From: Bispira polyomma
Taxonomy: Eukaryota
Reading direction: 5' to 3'
Assembly: GCA_965649765.1 (NCBI GenBank)
Contig: OZ287748.1
Location: forward strand, 48,856,001 to 48,920,000
DNA length: 64,000 nt
Below the pieces are notes generated by a model. The model saw only the letters and a list, made by a program, of their open reading frames with translations. It was not told the origin of the DNA and searched no databases. Position numbers and translations under genes: made by a program. Of the stretch, positions 13,319 to 25,680 are shown piece by piece (the first letter of the stretch is position 1; the number at the start of each line of letters is the position of its first letter).

Positions 13319-14448
13319 GCAGTGTAGACTCGCAGGGGATAGCTAGTTTAGTGGTACCAGTATTTTCCTTAACTTACCTCCCTGGGGTCATAACCTTTAA
13401 CCTCTCTTATAATTCGCCAGTTTATACCTAGTGACCCCAGCTTTCCTGCCTTTTCTGCAGATCTATCACTTTTTACATTGAAGTCAAACCGGCAACAACG
13501 CCATCTTAAATATTTTACTTTTTCCCACCCTCTTCCCCTACTACTTCCTCTGTAGTTTTCAGCTATTCGTACGTCCGTTGGAGCGCTTGCTGCTGTCCCT
13601 GGAGTCCCTTAAGTCTCCCTTTACACCTTGGCACAGGGGGCTGAGGGCTGGGGGTTATGGGCCCTGAGTTATGCATTACTGCTGGCTTTCATGGTTCCTG
13701 GCCCTTGGGCGTCTTCTGGGACCCCAGGTGATCTGTCTCCCTTCTAATCTGGGTAATACCAGGGCCCCTATTGGGCCACACTTTCTTTTAGGTAGCTGAT
13801 TGCTGCTGAGATTGCGACCCCTCAGTTTTCAACAGTTGTACTTTACTTTATTGTTTTTAGGGTAAAATCCCCTTATGTGTGTATTACATTAAATGTACTT
13901 TAATAATGTTGTTTCCTTGTCACGTAAGGGCGTCACGCGTTATAGTAATAGTATGTGAATTTATGTATGTGGATAGCAGGCATTGCAGGCTTGACGCGCT
14001 ATCACCAGATGGTTGTATGTTTAAATAGTACAAGTATAAAGTAATATAAATCAACTTTGTGATTTGATGTATAATGTGTGTAATGCGCAACCTTAGTGTT
14101 GTAGCTAGTGCAGTGTCAAGTATATATTATAGATATCATGCAATTGCATGTCATGTAACCATAAACAAGTGTTTAACGTTGAGTATGTAGTTTCAGGAGC
14201 ATGGGACACATGACTCAGCCGTCATGGTCAAGCAACTCTCTTCTCTGTACAGCACGGACTCACTCCTCAAAAGCAACAGCAACTCGATTTACATTTTATG
14301 TCTGTATGCATGTTTCCCTCAGATCATGGTTATTGTATGTGCTAGGGGTGTGAGGTGTAATTTGTTAGTGACTCTTGGACTTTATTGTGAGCGCTTTTAG
14401 TATTTTAGCTAGTCAGCATGGTCTTAAATTCGATTTTACCCTTTTTTA

Positions 14449-14889
14449 GGGCTTTATTTACATACTTTTACATTATTAATATATACTTAAATGTTAAATA
14501 TAAATATTTTGGGCCACCTTAACACCTTATTTAATCGTAAATCTTTTATGTACAGTTAATAAATTTCCTTTGGCAACCTTAAAGAAAACCTAAGGTTACC
14601 TCATAATCAAAATTCAAATCTAACCCTAACTTTATGTTAGGGCTAACCTTAAATTCATTAACTTAAACTCAATTTTAGGTAACCCTAACTTCAAGCTAGG
14701 GTTACCCTAAACTCAAAGGTCACCTTAACTCTCAAATTTTAAAAACTTTCCTCGTGCTAAGGTGGCCCTAAATTCAGTGTGTAAAAAACAATTAGATATA
14801 ACATAGAAGCATTAAACTAATATCCCCAACTCTGCCTTTTTACTTACCTGTGTTACATCATAGTTTAACTTCTCTTGGTAGGGCACTGT
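14449..14889 (+). repeat. Split direct repeat B2 (element 3' terminus)
   Basis: Direct copy of 12849-13318 with one ~38 bp deletion and one ~10 bp insertion; homology ends at ..ggtagggcactgt. Confidence 0.85.
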
Positions 14890-15399
14890 TTAAATAACTG
14901 ATCAACGATCAAGGTATTTCTGAAAACCTCCGACATATGCATTGGATCTGAACTGTGGAATTGCAAGCATTGTCCTTTATTTAAACCTTAGTAGACAAGA
15001 CATGATTAAATTCCGTGTTTGGTAAAACAAATGTTTATCTTCCAACATTGCAAATTCCTTTACACTCTATGTGGCTACAAATAAATCATACTTAAAATAT
15101 AGGAACTTGGTTAAGGTTCAACTTACCCGGTTTCACCTGCAGAAAATTCAAATAGATAATTTTGTGTTATAATAAATTAGTTACATTCTATACTGTATCT
15201 ATGTATATATGTGTGATTCTTATAAAAGAAAGATGGTCTTGCTGTGAACAATATATTCCATGTAAATATATTTAATGTCATTTTATAATTTTTAAGTTAG
15301 AGACTATGAAATCTATGTTTTTGATACCTTATTAACAGTCATATCAATAATGTATCCAATTGATCACTTCACTACTATTTAAAGCATGTCTAGAGGTTA

Positions 15400-15900
15400 C
15401 AACCCACGGGTCTTAATGAGTAGTTGTCGTGGCCCATTGATGAAAGGCATGAAAGTGAAAGGATCTAGTATCTAGTCCCATTTTTTTTGGAGAAAATGGC
15501 AGATAAAATTTGCGGAACTCAAAAGGAGGGGAGACATATCTTGTTTCCATGCAATCCAAAAAGGGGATAATTTTTGGTGTGGAATAAGAACTTTCAAAGC
15601 AGTTACCGGGCACAATTTATTGCCCGGTAGCCAATGAATTTTAACAATGTGATGTCGGCCAGAGCTTTGCATAGCTTTGTGGCACTTTTGAATAAGATGA
15701 GCCCCAGGGATTGTCCACAGGACATCCGAGACAGTAAAGTGACAAGTGATGTCGAATTGGCTCTGAGAATGGGGAACCAAGTTTGAAAGGTGAAAGAAGC
15801 CAAAATATGCAGTAAGGAATAGTGCTGTATAATCATACCCATCGGGTAAATTATCTCATTGCTGTAAAATCCTTATATGAGGACATTGTATGTGACATGT
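15400..15900 (-). pseudogene. Tyrosine recombinase fragment of another Ngaro-like family
   Basis: LVPHSQSQFDITCHFTVSDVLWTIPGAHLI..KLCPVTALK..FHFHAFH parallels the YR at 11964 (LVPHSAAQF..RGDVLFAPPGLHII..LCPV..HTFRR). Confidence 0.8.
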
Positions 15901-16328
15901 TATGCAAGTAATAATGCAGACTGAAAGTCCAGTTATTTTGCTCAGGCCACATTTTCATTGTTTGCAATAACAGTATCCCACACACTGTCACCAAGATGAC
16001 TGTATTCTAAGAGAATCCCACACACTGTCATTAAGATGACTTGTATTATATGCAGATGCATCATGAATAAAAACTTGACCTTGAGGGGTCAACCCACTGT
16101 TGTCGCAGCTGTTATAGTTTATGTGTCACTGTAAAATTTTATTCTGGGATTTTGATCATCAAGAATGTTGAAAGTAAGTTTAAAATTACTTTGTGCAAAA
16201 GTTTTGAGGCTGCGTGTGCTGTTGCTGTGCGGTTCGTGTAAATGTGCATTAAAGTCTGAACATTGTTTTGAATTCACATAAATTTGACATAAGTTAACCA
16301 TAAATACATCCAGCACCATTTTCAGCTG

Positions 16329-16563
16329 TGTCATTAATATAATATTGTGGTTTAATTGGGGAGTACCAAATAAAATTTCACTTAACAACAAGAATCTATG
16401 TTACTAATAAAACAAACAGAATAAAAAAAAATTTAAATTAATTTATTTATCTTTTTGTAATTTTTTTTTTTTTTCAAATTTTTTTTAAATTTATTTTTTG
16501 TTCTTTCTTGTCATTAAATTGGTACGCCTGGGCGTACTGGCGTTAATGGTAGCTACGCCCCTG
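16329..16563 (-). mobile_element. hAT-like non-autonomous element end, copy 2
   Basis: Near-identical to 9475-9691; terminus CAGGGGCGTAGC on the minus strand. Confidence 0.6.
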
Positions 16564-16959
16564 TAACATACAGTTGAATCATATTGCATTTACGAATTGT
16601 AGCTACCACAGCAGCCCTAAAATGTTTTTTTAATGGCCGTTTTACGTATTTTTATATGCAAATACCCTTTAAAACTTTATTATGTTATGCATAGTTATTA
16701 AAAAAGCTGTATAACAATTCTTGTATTGTGACTTCACACAATTTGAAATCTATGGAGGAACATCATATTTGTAAACAAATCTCGATTTGTCACAAGATGG
16801 ACTGTTGCATTCTGAACATTCTGTAGTTTGTGCAGAAGTCTTTCTTGTACCCTATAGAGCAAGACATTGGCATAGTCCAATTTTGAAATTAAAGAGAATG
16901 TACAATAGTTTTTGTGGCATCTTCAGTTATACATTGTCTAATTCTATATATAATCCTGA

Positions 16960-17255
16960 TTCGACTAAAGTAAATGTTCTACTCCAACTGCTGATTTCAT
17001 TGATACATGTTTCAGGATCTAAGAACCCTCGACTTTGTTGTAGAATATTAGAAGGATTTATTGATTTGTAGATCTGTGTATCATCTGCGAACATATGACA
17101 TTGTAATGGAAAGAGTGGGGCAATTTCACCCACAGGACAGGTATAATCGACATAACGCTTCGGGCCAAGAACTGATCCCTGTGGAACACCCCAGATTGTG
17201 TTCTTTCTCTGTGATAAGCAGAAACAAATGCAAGCTGTTTAGTGTTAATGTACTA
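16960..17255 (-). mobile_element. L2 LINE RT core fragment
   Basis: [10 protein letters not shown]-encoding sequence (ggggtgttccacagggatcagttcttggccc on minus) and CHMFADDTQIY. Confidence 0.85.
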
Positions 17256-17259
17256 TAAA

Positions 17260-17387
17260 TCATCAACCTACAGCAAGTATCTGACAAACTTTCCCACATG
17301 GAGGAACAAACAGGATTCAAACCCACATTGGTGAGAGGCCAGGGATTGTGAAGTAGGCGCTTCTAACTACTAGGTCACCATGGCCCC
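17260..17387 (-). mobile_element. tRNA-derived SINE head fragment (related to the 50.7-57.7 kb family)
   Basis: Minus strand ggggccatggtgacctagtagttag (A box) ..gggtttgaatcct (B box) ..tgtgggaaag. Confidence 0.7.
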
Positions 17388-18569
17388 TCCCTAAAAGTTG
17401 AAATCACCAATCATGATAATCTTTTCCTCTTACTCTGCTTGTATTGCACTGTGTGACTTTGAATAAAGTTTAAGGGAAGTGTAAGCATTGTTAAAATTAT
17501 CCTATAACACGAAACAATGGAAAATGGTACATGTGTATGCTTAAACTTCAACAATGTTTTATACAAGAGAGTTATTCCAATGAAATACAAGTACTTGTGT
17601 GTTCATATACATTTGTATTGTATCCAAACATGCCAAATAAAGATTAGTGGAAATTCACAAAGGTCATATCCCTATAACTTAATGTTAAACTGAATGGTTT
17701 TGTGTAAAATGTTAAAGACTGTATAATTATGTTAATATCAGTGGTAAAACTAAACGGAAGACCTTTTCTTAAAGTCTTAATTTTTAACTTTTCAAATCGA
17801 AATCTTATACTCTTAGTTTTTAAGACTTTATTAAGACTAAATTAATGAAGATAAATAAAATAAACAGTTCAGTAGAGCAATGAAAAGAAATTTGGCAATT
17901 TATATTTTTATACATACAGTATTAAATAAATTTAACATTATTAATACATACATACACTGGTGATTTTCCTCAGTTCATTAGTTATATACTACCATTTAAA
18001 ATTCCTGCATGTACGGCTTTAATATTAAACTGTCCCACTCACGACCCAAGTAAATCCCTTCTGTCATGTACAATGTATCACAATTGAACGTCTTTCAATC
18101 CTGCCTCCAAAAAGTATCGGTTGGCAAATATAAAGCACACAAACTTATAATAACCTTGACCTCAAATAAACCAGTCCATTTTCACATGCATGAAATATTA
18201 TTTGACTTTGTATCTCGTTATTTACCATAGTAAATAGATACTATTCTATTCATGATATATGACATGACACACGCTCACATACCTTTTTCACTTATTTACT
18301 ATACCTTTCTTGTATTAAAATCTTGTCACCAACAAGAGGCTTGACAAAGTGGAACTGTGTAATTCTACCCCTTTGACGTCCCCTTTACAAACATTTCAAT
18401 AGAAGGCCATAAACAATACAATCTTTTCAAGTGGCAAATAACAGACTCTTCTATTTGTGAACACTGTTCAGATAACTGCGTAGATACGGTGGAGCATCAC
18501 TTATTTCTTATTTTTTGCACCACAGCATCAATGTTTTCTAAAACAATGAAACAAATCAATGCTTTCTTA

Positions 18570-19200
18570 AACAGGTTAGTGAGGGGGAAGCACGAATCGC
18601 ATCAGGAAGAGCATTTTAAACAATGGGAGCATCAAAAGCAAAGCTGTGATCAAACTGTTTAACTGATTTTTGAGTAGATGGGTGGAACTTTGGAACGACA
18701 AGGGAATTACTACCACTCTGACTGCGTCTGGTATTATAGATACTACTGTAAGTGGAAAAATATGGGGCCTAACTGCATCTGGTATTATAGGAACTACTGT
18801 AAGTGGAAAGATATGGGGCAAAATACTTTGGAAACCCAGTGTGAAGAAACTTATAAACAAATGTACCTGTTTTAAACACTAAATGCTGTTCAACAGGGAG
18901 CCAATGCAATTTCTTAAGAACAGGAGTTTACTGGTGTATCGACTGGTGTTTGACACAATTCTAGCTGCACTATTTTGAATGCATTGTAATGTACATAAAT
19001 TAAACTTTGAGAGACTCCTAAAAAGTGAATTGCAGTAATCCAGTCTACTACTGACAAAAACATTGGCCACAAGTATAGAAGCATCATAAGTGAGAAACCA
19101 CCTGAGTTGCACAAAACAACTTTTGCAGACACTTTGAACGTGTTTAGAGAAGAAAAAGTGAGAGTCAAACCATACACCCAGGTTCTTGACAGAATCAATA
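18570..19200 (-). mobile_element. L2 LINE 3' region fragment with an internal 51 bp duplication
   Basis: VKNLGVWFD, VSSRLDYCNSLFRSL, QCIQNSAARIV, HSFAFDAP..LPDAIRAS; tandem duplication at 18720-18825. Confidence 0.85.
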
Positions 19201-19690
19201 TAAAAAATACTATTTAATTCAAGTTGGATGGATTAGTCAAAACCTTGAAATTACATTTAACTTTACATTCTATGAAATCTTTTTGGGTATATCAGTGAAC
19301 AATGACTCAAATTTGCTCAATATTAATTTTTTATTATTACTTGGAAAATGGAACTTGAATAATAGCAAGAGTAAAAATAAATCTATATTCTACTGTTTTT
19401 TAATTGAACTAAAAAAACAGAACAATTTTAAAGGTTTGAATAATAAATTAGTGGAAACCTTAAGCCACATTTTTATTTTGTTGCAAGAATCAAACGTTTC
19501 TTTTAAAAAAATATTGTTTAATTCTGTAAAACTTGATTTTTATACAAAATGTCATTCACTAAGTTCTTATTTCAAATCAAGATCAGTATGTCTTTTGTTC
19601 CTTTTATGTATGTGCGTGTGTCTAAAAATTGTGTTGTACTGTATATGTGTGTATATATAAAAAAAAAACTGAATAAAAATAAATAAAATT
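19200..19690 (+). mobile_element. Probable L1/Tx1-type LINE 3' end
   Basis: INFLLLLGKWNL..F..FLIELK resembles Tx1 ORF2 C-termini; followed by a UTR ending in aataaa and an A-rich tail. Confidence 0.45.
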
Positions 19691-20540
19691 CCATTCTTGA
19701 ACTACGGCCAACCGCTGCAGCCACATTACCTGTGAATCAACACGTCCACTCAATGGGCTCTATGCCAAATGAGTAATTTGCAGCTTGTGTTAATTATTGG
19801 CCACATAGCTCAGACCCCACAAAATTCACAGAAACAAAAAAGGTGTGCAAGTTCTACAATAACGACTGATGTAGTCATGAAAGCGACCGCGTGCAATATA
19901 GACATATATGCAACCACTGTTACCGTTCTTAAACAAAAAAACACTTACCCAGAGTTCAAGTGCATGAAGGCTAACATAGCCCAGCATTCATCAGACAACC
20001 AACAACCATCTACCTACGACACAGGTCAATGACCAAGCAAACGAACAATCAGAGAGTGTAAGGGTCTTAAGAGTAGTTTTGAGGTTAATAAATCTGACAA
20101 TGAAAATGGTAGTTTTAACCAAATGGTAAATTTTAATAATTTAAAGTGTAGGAAGACTGAAATTAGCATAGGTAAAAATAGTACAAGTAATTGTAATCAA
20201 GTTTTTGAAAATAGTAATGTAAATCACAAAAAAAGGAAAAAACGTTGAAATGTCCCAATTGGGATCCCATATTAGTGATTAAAAACATAATAATGTGAAA
20301 AATAATTATTGCCATGTACAAAAGCATGAGGAGGAACAATTGAATAGAGAAAACGTGCTTGTGTATGATGGCACAGATGTAACTAACTGTATAATATCAA
20401 GGATGGACTATATGCTCGTTGATAGGGAAGATTTAGCTAATACTCTGGTATACTTAAAGTTTCCTGATTATAGTGAATTGTCCGGTTTTTGCTGTATGGG
20501 ACAGGAAAATGAAAAGTATTGTTTGACGCAGGTCACTAAA
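19690..20540 (+). mobile_element. Ngaro-like gag C-terminal fragment
   Basis: KKVCKFYNND*CSHESD..YRHICNHCY..YPEFKC is the Cys/His cluster typical of the end of DIRS/Ngaro ORF1. Confidence 0.65.
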
Positions 20541-21179
20541 ATAAACAAAATAAATAGATGACTACATAATAATATACATGTATGTCAATTTGCATTTTAT
20601 ATCTTTATGTGTATGTTTATATAAATGCTTATAATATAGCACCTATAATTAAGAATTTCATTGTACAGAATGTCATTCATGTTTTCCTCGTTTAGTTTGA
20701 AAAAAGTACACAACACTATTTGTTAGCTTGAACTTTGGAATATCAACTTGGCAGATTTGTAAATTATAACATCCTGCAAAACTGATAGAATTGACAACAA
20801 TGGTCTCTAGCTTGGTATATTCTAAAATAATTAACTCCCATTTCTTTTTTTTTTTTAGTGTAATTAATGAGTACATTATGAATGTATCAACGGTCCGTAA
20901 TTCGACAGAAAGTTAAATGTTTTGTATTCAGTATTGTCCCACTATGTATACTTTTAGCTTCAACATGTCTATTCAAATGGTTACCATACACATGTAGATC
21001 TACTTGTGCATTAAAATTGCTTGGTCAGTTAACTTCCTTAGCAGTGTGTTATCATGTACAGCTAGTTAGTTTCAGTAGTTATAGTATCGTCTATGTTGTT
21101 TTATATTAACTTACTTTTAATATTTTGGTACCAATAAATAGATACATTCCTCCCCCCCCCCCCCCCACACACACACACT

Positions 21180-22120
21180 TAAAAACACTGTGTTTCAGTC
21201 TGTGGAGTAGTATATCGTGGTCTACAGTTTCGAATGCTGCTGATAGGTCTAAAAGTGTCAAAAATACAATATTTTTCTTATCTAACTACAAAAGAATGTC
21301 ATTAAATATTTTGACTAATACTGCTGTGTCTTACACGATAGGCTGACTGATACCTTTCTGACAGACTATGGCATTTTGAATTCTGAATTATTTGTGGTTG
21401 CACAGCCCTCTCAATACCTCAATAAAAAATGTAAGTTAGAAATAGGGCGATAACTTTTGTAAATTTTTTCTGCTCCTGATTTTTTTGAGCAATGGTGTAA
21501 CAATAGTTGCCTTGTATTGTGGGGCATCTTACTGCTCTTGATAATGAAGAATTTGTTATTCTTGTCACATAGCAGCAACAATGGAATGCACCTATTAAAA
21601 AGCCATGTGGGAATTGGATCTAACTCACAAGATTTAGTTTGTGCTCTAAGAACAACTTTTCTTTCACTGATTCCTGTGAAAGTAATTGATATTGGCACAA
21701 GGTACCACAACTAGGTAACATCCTGTCAAATTTGTCAAATTCATCACTGGAAGAAAACTGCTCTCTAATCTTTCCGATTTTGCTGTCAAAGTAATCTGCA
21801 AGGCTATCAGAAAGTTGTTGGGAAGATGTGTGATCAGGCATTGGTACATCAGAGTCTTTGTGGGTAAGTTTTCCAAAGCTGTTAAAAAGAACCTTTTGAT
21901 TGCCTTTGTATTCTGTTATCTTGTTATTGTAAAAGACAGACCTAGATGTTCTAATTAAGTTTGTGAATGCATCAAAATCCTTTGAATCTTTAGTGTCCAA
22001 CAACCTACGCTCTATCCTTCTCCTAAGTTTGTTGTCCTTTTCGAGTTTGTTGTAATACTTTTAGGTCAAATGAACTTGTTCTGTTTTCTTGTGGAGCATG
22101 CTTATCCAGAAAACTAGTCA
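21180..22120 (-). mobile_element. L2 LINE ORF2 fragment (linker to RT start)
   Basis: KSCELDPIPTWL, YRPISNL, LDLSAAFETVDHDILL; same family as 56345-56493 and 61909-63400. Confidence 0.88.
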
Positions 22121-22544
22121 ATCTAATAGACGCGTTGGTTACATGCAACCCGCCCAAAAATCACTATCACAGCATTTTTTTGGTCTCACTAACAAACTTC
22201 AAAATATTTTATTGCAAAAAGATGTGGTAAGTATACTATAACTCAGAATATCACTTAAAATCAGAACGGACCCAGAAAAACCACCCTGAAGAAAAACACC
22301 TTAAATTGATTAAACAGCTGTTTTGGTATCACCCAAAAGCTCTTGTTGTGTATATTGTGATAGGTTTGACCAATTCCATTTCAAATGCTGATGAAGATTC
22401 AAAATTCCCAGGGAAAGTTGGTTAAAATGTTTTCCTAACAAGTATAATCCGTTGTAAGCAACATCATAGCTTTTCTGATAATAATATAATTATCTGACTG
22501 GGGAGATGCAAAGCTAATTGCTTGGTTTGAGAGACTTTAATGGG

Positions 22545-23135
22545 GTTATACACGAGTCACCCACTAGACAGAACACAGTTCACAAAACTTTAAAATTGTT
22601 ATACATGAGTCACCCACTAGACAGAACACAGTTTAACACACTTTAACTTGGTTATACATGAGTCACCCACTAGACAGAACAGAGTTCAACACACTTTAAC
22701 TTGGTTATACATGAGTCACCCACTAGACAGAACACAGTTCAACACACTTTTACTTGGTTATACATGAGTCACCCACTAGACAGAACAGAGTTCAACACAC
22801 TTTTACTTGGTTATACATGAGTCACCCACTAGACAGAACAGAGTTCAACACACTTTAACTTGGTTATACATGAGTCACCCACTAGACAGAACACAGTTCA
22901 ACACACTTTAACTTGGTTATACATGAGTCACCCACTAGACAGAACACAGTTCAACACACTTTAACTTGGTTATACATGAGTCACCCACTAGACAGAACAC
23001 AGTTCAACACACTTTAACTTGGTTATACATGAGTCACCCACTAGACAGAACACAGTTCAACACACTTTTACTTGGTTATACATGAGTCACCCACTAGACA
23101 AAACACAGTTTAACAAAATTTTAATGTGTTATACA
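22545..23135. repeat. Minisatellite, 53 bp unit, 11 copies
   Basis: Unit gttatacatgagtcacccactagacagaacacagttcaacacactttaacttg. Confidence 0.95.
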
Positions 23136-23919
23136 TAATAATGGTAATGTTTGGGAAATTGTTGATACCTTATCCTTATAGAGAAGAAGAATAGATAAAT
23201 ACATTTGTATTTCAAAGTCGATCGTTTTATTTGAATTATTGTAGATTAAACAGTGTCTTACTGCTGGTTTTCATTCAGGTCAGTTTGCAGATCTTGAATA
23301 GTTTACTATAGTATGTTTAGAACTACCATCAGGACATTGACAGTAAACTGGGAGAACCTCTAATCGTGTCACTCATAATAATATCAGAGGAAAACTTTAT
23401 ATCTTTATATTTCTTAAATATATAACTCATGGGGAAAATATTAAAAACCTACCAAGTACAAAATATACCTCTTTACTAATCTAAACTGGCTGGTAAACCC
23501 AAATTTGAATGGACACCAAAATCGTGGAACAGTGCCACACCATATGTAAAACCAGTTTTTTATCTAGAAGAGTCTGTAACCAAATCAAAGCAGCATTCGT
23601 GTTGCAATTTAGACTGATTATTATGCAAACTAAGGCAATTACTACCCCAAGACTTAGCGAAAAAAAATCATATCACCTTTGGATAAAAAGTAACTCAGCA
23701 CTTTGTTATTTGAGTATAGATTATAATAACCAAATCACTTTAAAGTAACATTGCTGTAGCTTTAATACTTTACAACAAAGAAGTTATAAACTAGAAGTAC
23801 TTATTGTAGCTATTTTAGTAAGGGTTTCCAGATACTAATATCTCCCAAGGTTTACATCTCGTTTTCTGTAGCTACCTTTTCGGTCTAACATATCTGTCAT
23901 TAATTCCAAATTGGAAGAA

Positions 23920-25177
23920 TTAGCCTACGCTTCCTTTCAGCACATTCCGATCTGATCCGACGTCGGTCGATGTTGTGCTGCCTTTTATCAGATATATACT
24001 AAAAAAAATTGTCGGATCATGATTTTAAAAATGTCTTGAGAAAGCTTAAGTTATTGTGATTACAGTGCTTTTTTTTCCACCAAAATTGGTTGAGAAACGG
24101 ATAAGATGTATATAGTTGAGTAAAGGTATCCATATTTACTTCGTAGTGCGACGTAGATACAAAACTGGCGTCATTATGACGTTATGTGACGTATTTTTTG
24201 CAATATAGGGAGGAAGTTGAATAGGGTACCTATCTATAAACTTAAATATCTCAGCCGTTTCTCAACGGATGTTGTTGGGGGGAAAAGCACAGTAATGTCC
24301 TGGTCACACCTACACGTTCTAGAGCTACGTTTGTGTCACGTTGTGTGAATTTAGGAAACGTTTTAGAACGTAGTAGGAAGTGAGGATCCCTTCTGTGAAC
24401 GTTTCTTGACGTTTTACGACGGATGATATCGTTCTGGAAACGTATCCGTTTCATCTTTTTTCTGTAGTGTTTCAAACTGTTTGAAACACTACAGAAACAG
24501 CTCCCGTTTCTCCCCGTTTCTCTGTTTGTTCCCGAACGTTTCCGAAAGTAGCATAGACGTATCAGTAAGTAGCTATATGTAGTAGTATGTAGCGAGGAAG
24601 AAGCAGAACGCACCAGTTAGTAGAAGTCAGTAGCTGTACCTAGTAGTAGGTAGTGATATCCTACCAGTAAAGGGCTCGTTTTTTGCCCCCATTCCGTGTG
24701 TGTAAGTACTAACATCATCACTAAAACGTCATGAAACGTCACAAAAACGTCACAATCGACTACCCCTTTATGGAAATGACGTCACTTTGATACAATACTA
24801 CAACGTTTTTAGTGTATATTACTTAGGTACGTTGGGGGGGGGGGGGGGGGGGGGCGTTAACACGTGTAGGTGTGACCAGGTCATAATCACAATGAAATAA
24901 ACCTTCTCATGCTATTTTTAATGTCAACATTCGACGAATATTCAGTATGTATGGGATGAAAACTATACATATAACAGTGTTTTTTTTAGCAATTTTAGTT
25001 TCAAAATCGACAGTACTCCTGATTTTTCGCACCCTGATTAATAAAATAAAATGGTGTAGCAGACGTCGGCCGACGTCTGATCTGATAGAAATCTGCTGAA
25101 AGGAAGCACTTAGTAGTATTGTATAATAAGGGGGGAAAATCGGCCGACGTCGGTCGATAAAAATGTGCTAGAACGGG
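23920..25177. mobile_element. Fold-back-type non-autonomous DNA transposon (possibly piggyBac-like)
   Basis: Three inverted-repeat pairs: 23929-23970/25066-25107, 24060-24118/24239-24296, 24295-24317/24862-24884; right end GGG|TTAG. Confidence 0.6.
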
Positions 25178-25384
25178 TTAGATCAGCAAGCTATGATATA
25201 TATATTATGTATCGCTGCTTCCCTCACAAATAGTTATTATAGTGTGTTTTGAAAAAAAAATTAATATTTCTGGGTAACTTAATTTCGAAAACCGTTACAT
25301 CATTGATGGCCTGTTTTTTTTTTTTAAGTATACTAAATATACAAACGCCAGAAAGCGCCAGAAATGTCTGATATAATAATACAA

Positions 25385-25680
25385 ATGTAATACTCAAAAT
25401 GCAAGCGCTGGTATAATAAATTGTGTTACTTTGGGGTATACTCAATATAAAAACACTGGCATAATAAATTGTGTTACTTTGAGGTATACTCAATACATAA
25501 ACACTGGTATAATAAATTGTGTTAATAAACGGCTTTTACAGACTTTGGAGTACACTCAATATATAAACACTGGTATAATAAATTGTGTTAATAAAGGGTT
25601 TTACAAACTTTGGGACTCAATATACAAACACTGGTATAATAATTTCTGTGACTGAGTATTGAAAGGGTTTTACAGACTTT
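25385..25680. repeat. Degenerate tandem repeat, ~45-63 bp unit, ~5 copies
   Basis: Recurring ctcaatatataaacactggtataataaattgtgtta. Confidence 0.8.

Larger units (their letters stand above)
9692..14889 (+). mobile_element. Ngaro-like (DIRS order) tyrosine-recombinase retrotransposon, 5'-truncated, with 3' split direct repeats B1-A2-B2
   Basis: RT-RNaseH then YR coding regions, no methyltransferase domain seen; 12849-13318 is duplicated at 14449-14889 with a ~1.13 kb unique spacer. Confidence 0.85.

Noticed and set aside
16710-16785. ~75 bp match to 48918-48991
   Set aside because: Short dispersed repeat fragment without definable termini; cannot be classified
24251-24613. 120 aa minus-strand ORF in the fold-back element as a transposase remnant
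   Set aside because: No transposase motifs and a non-ATG start
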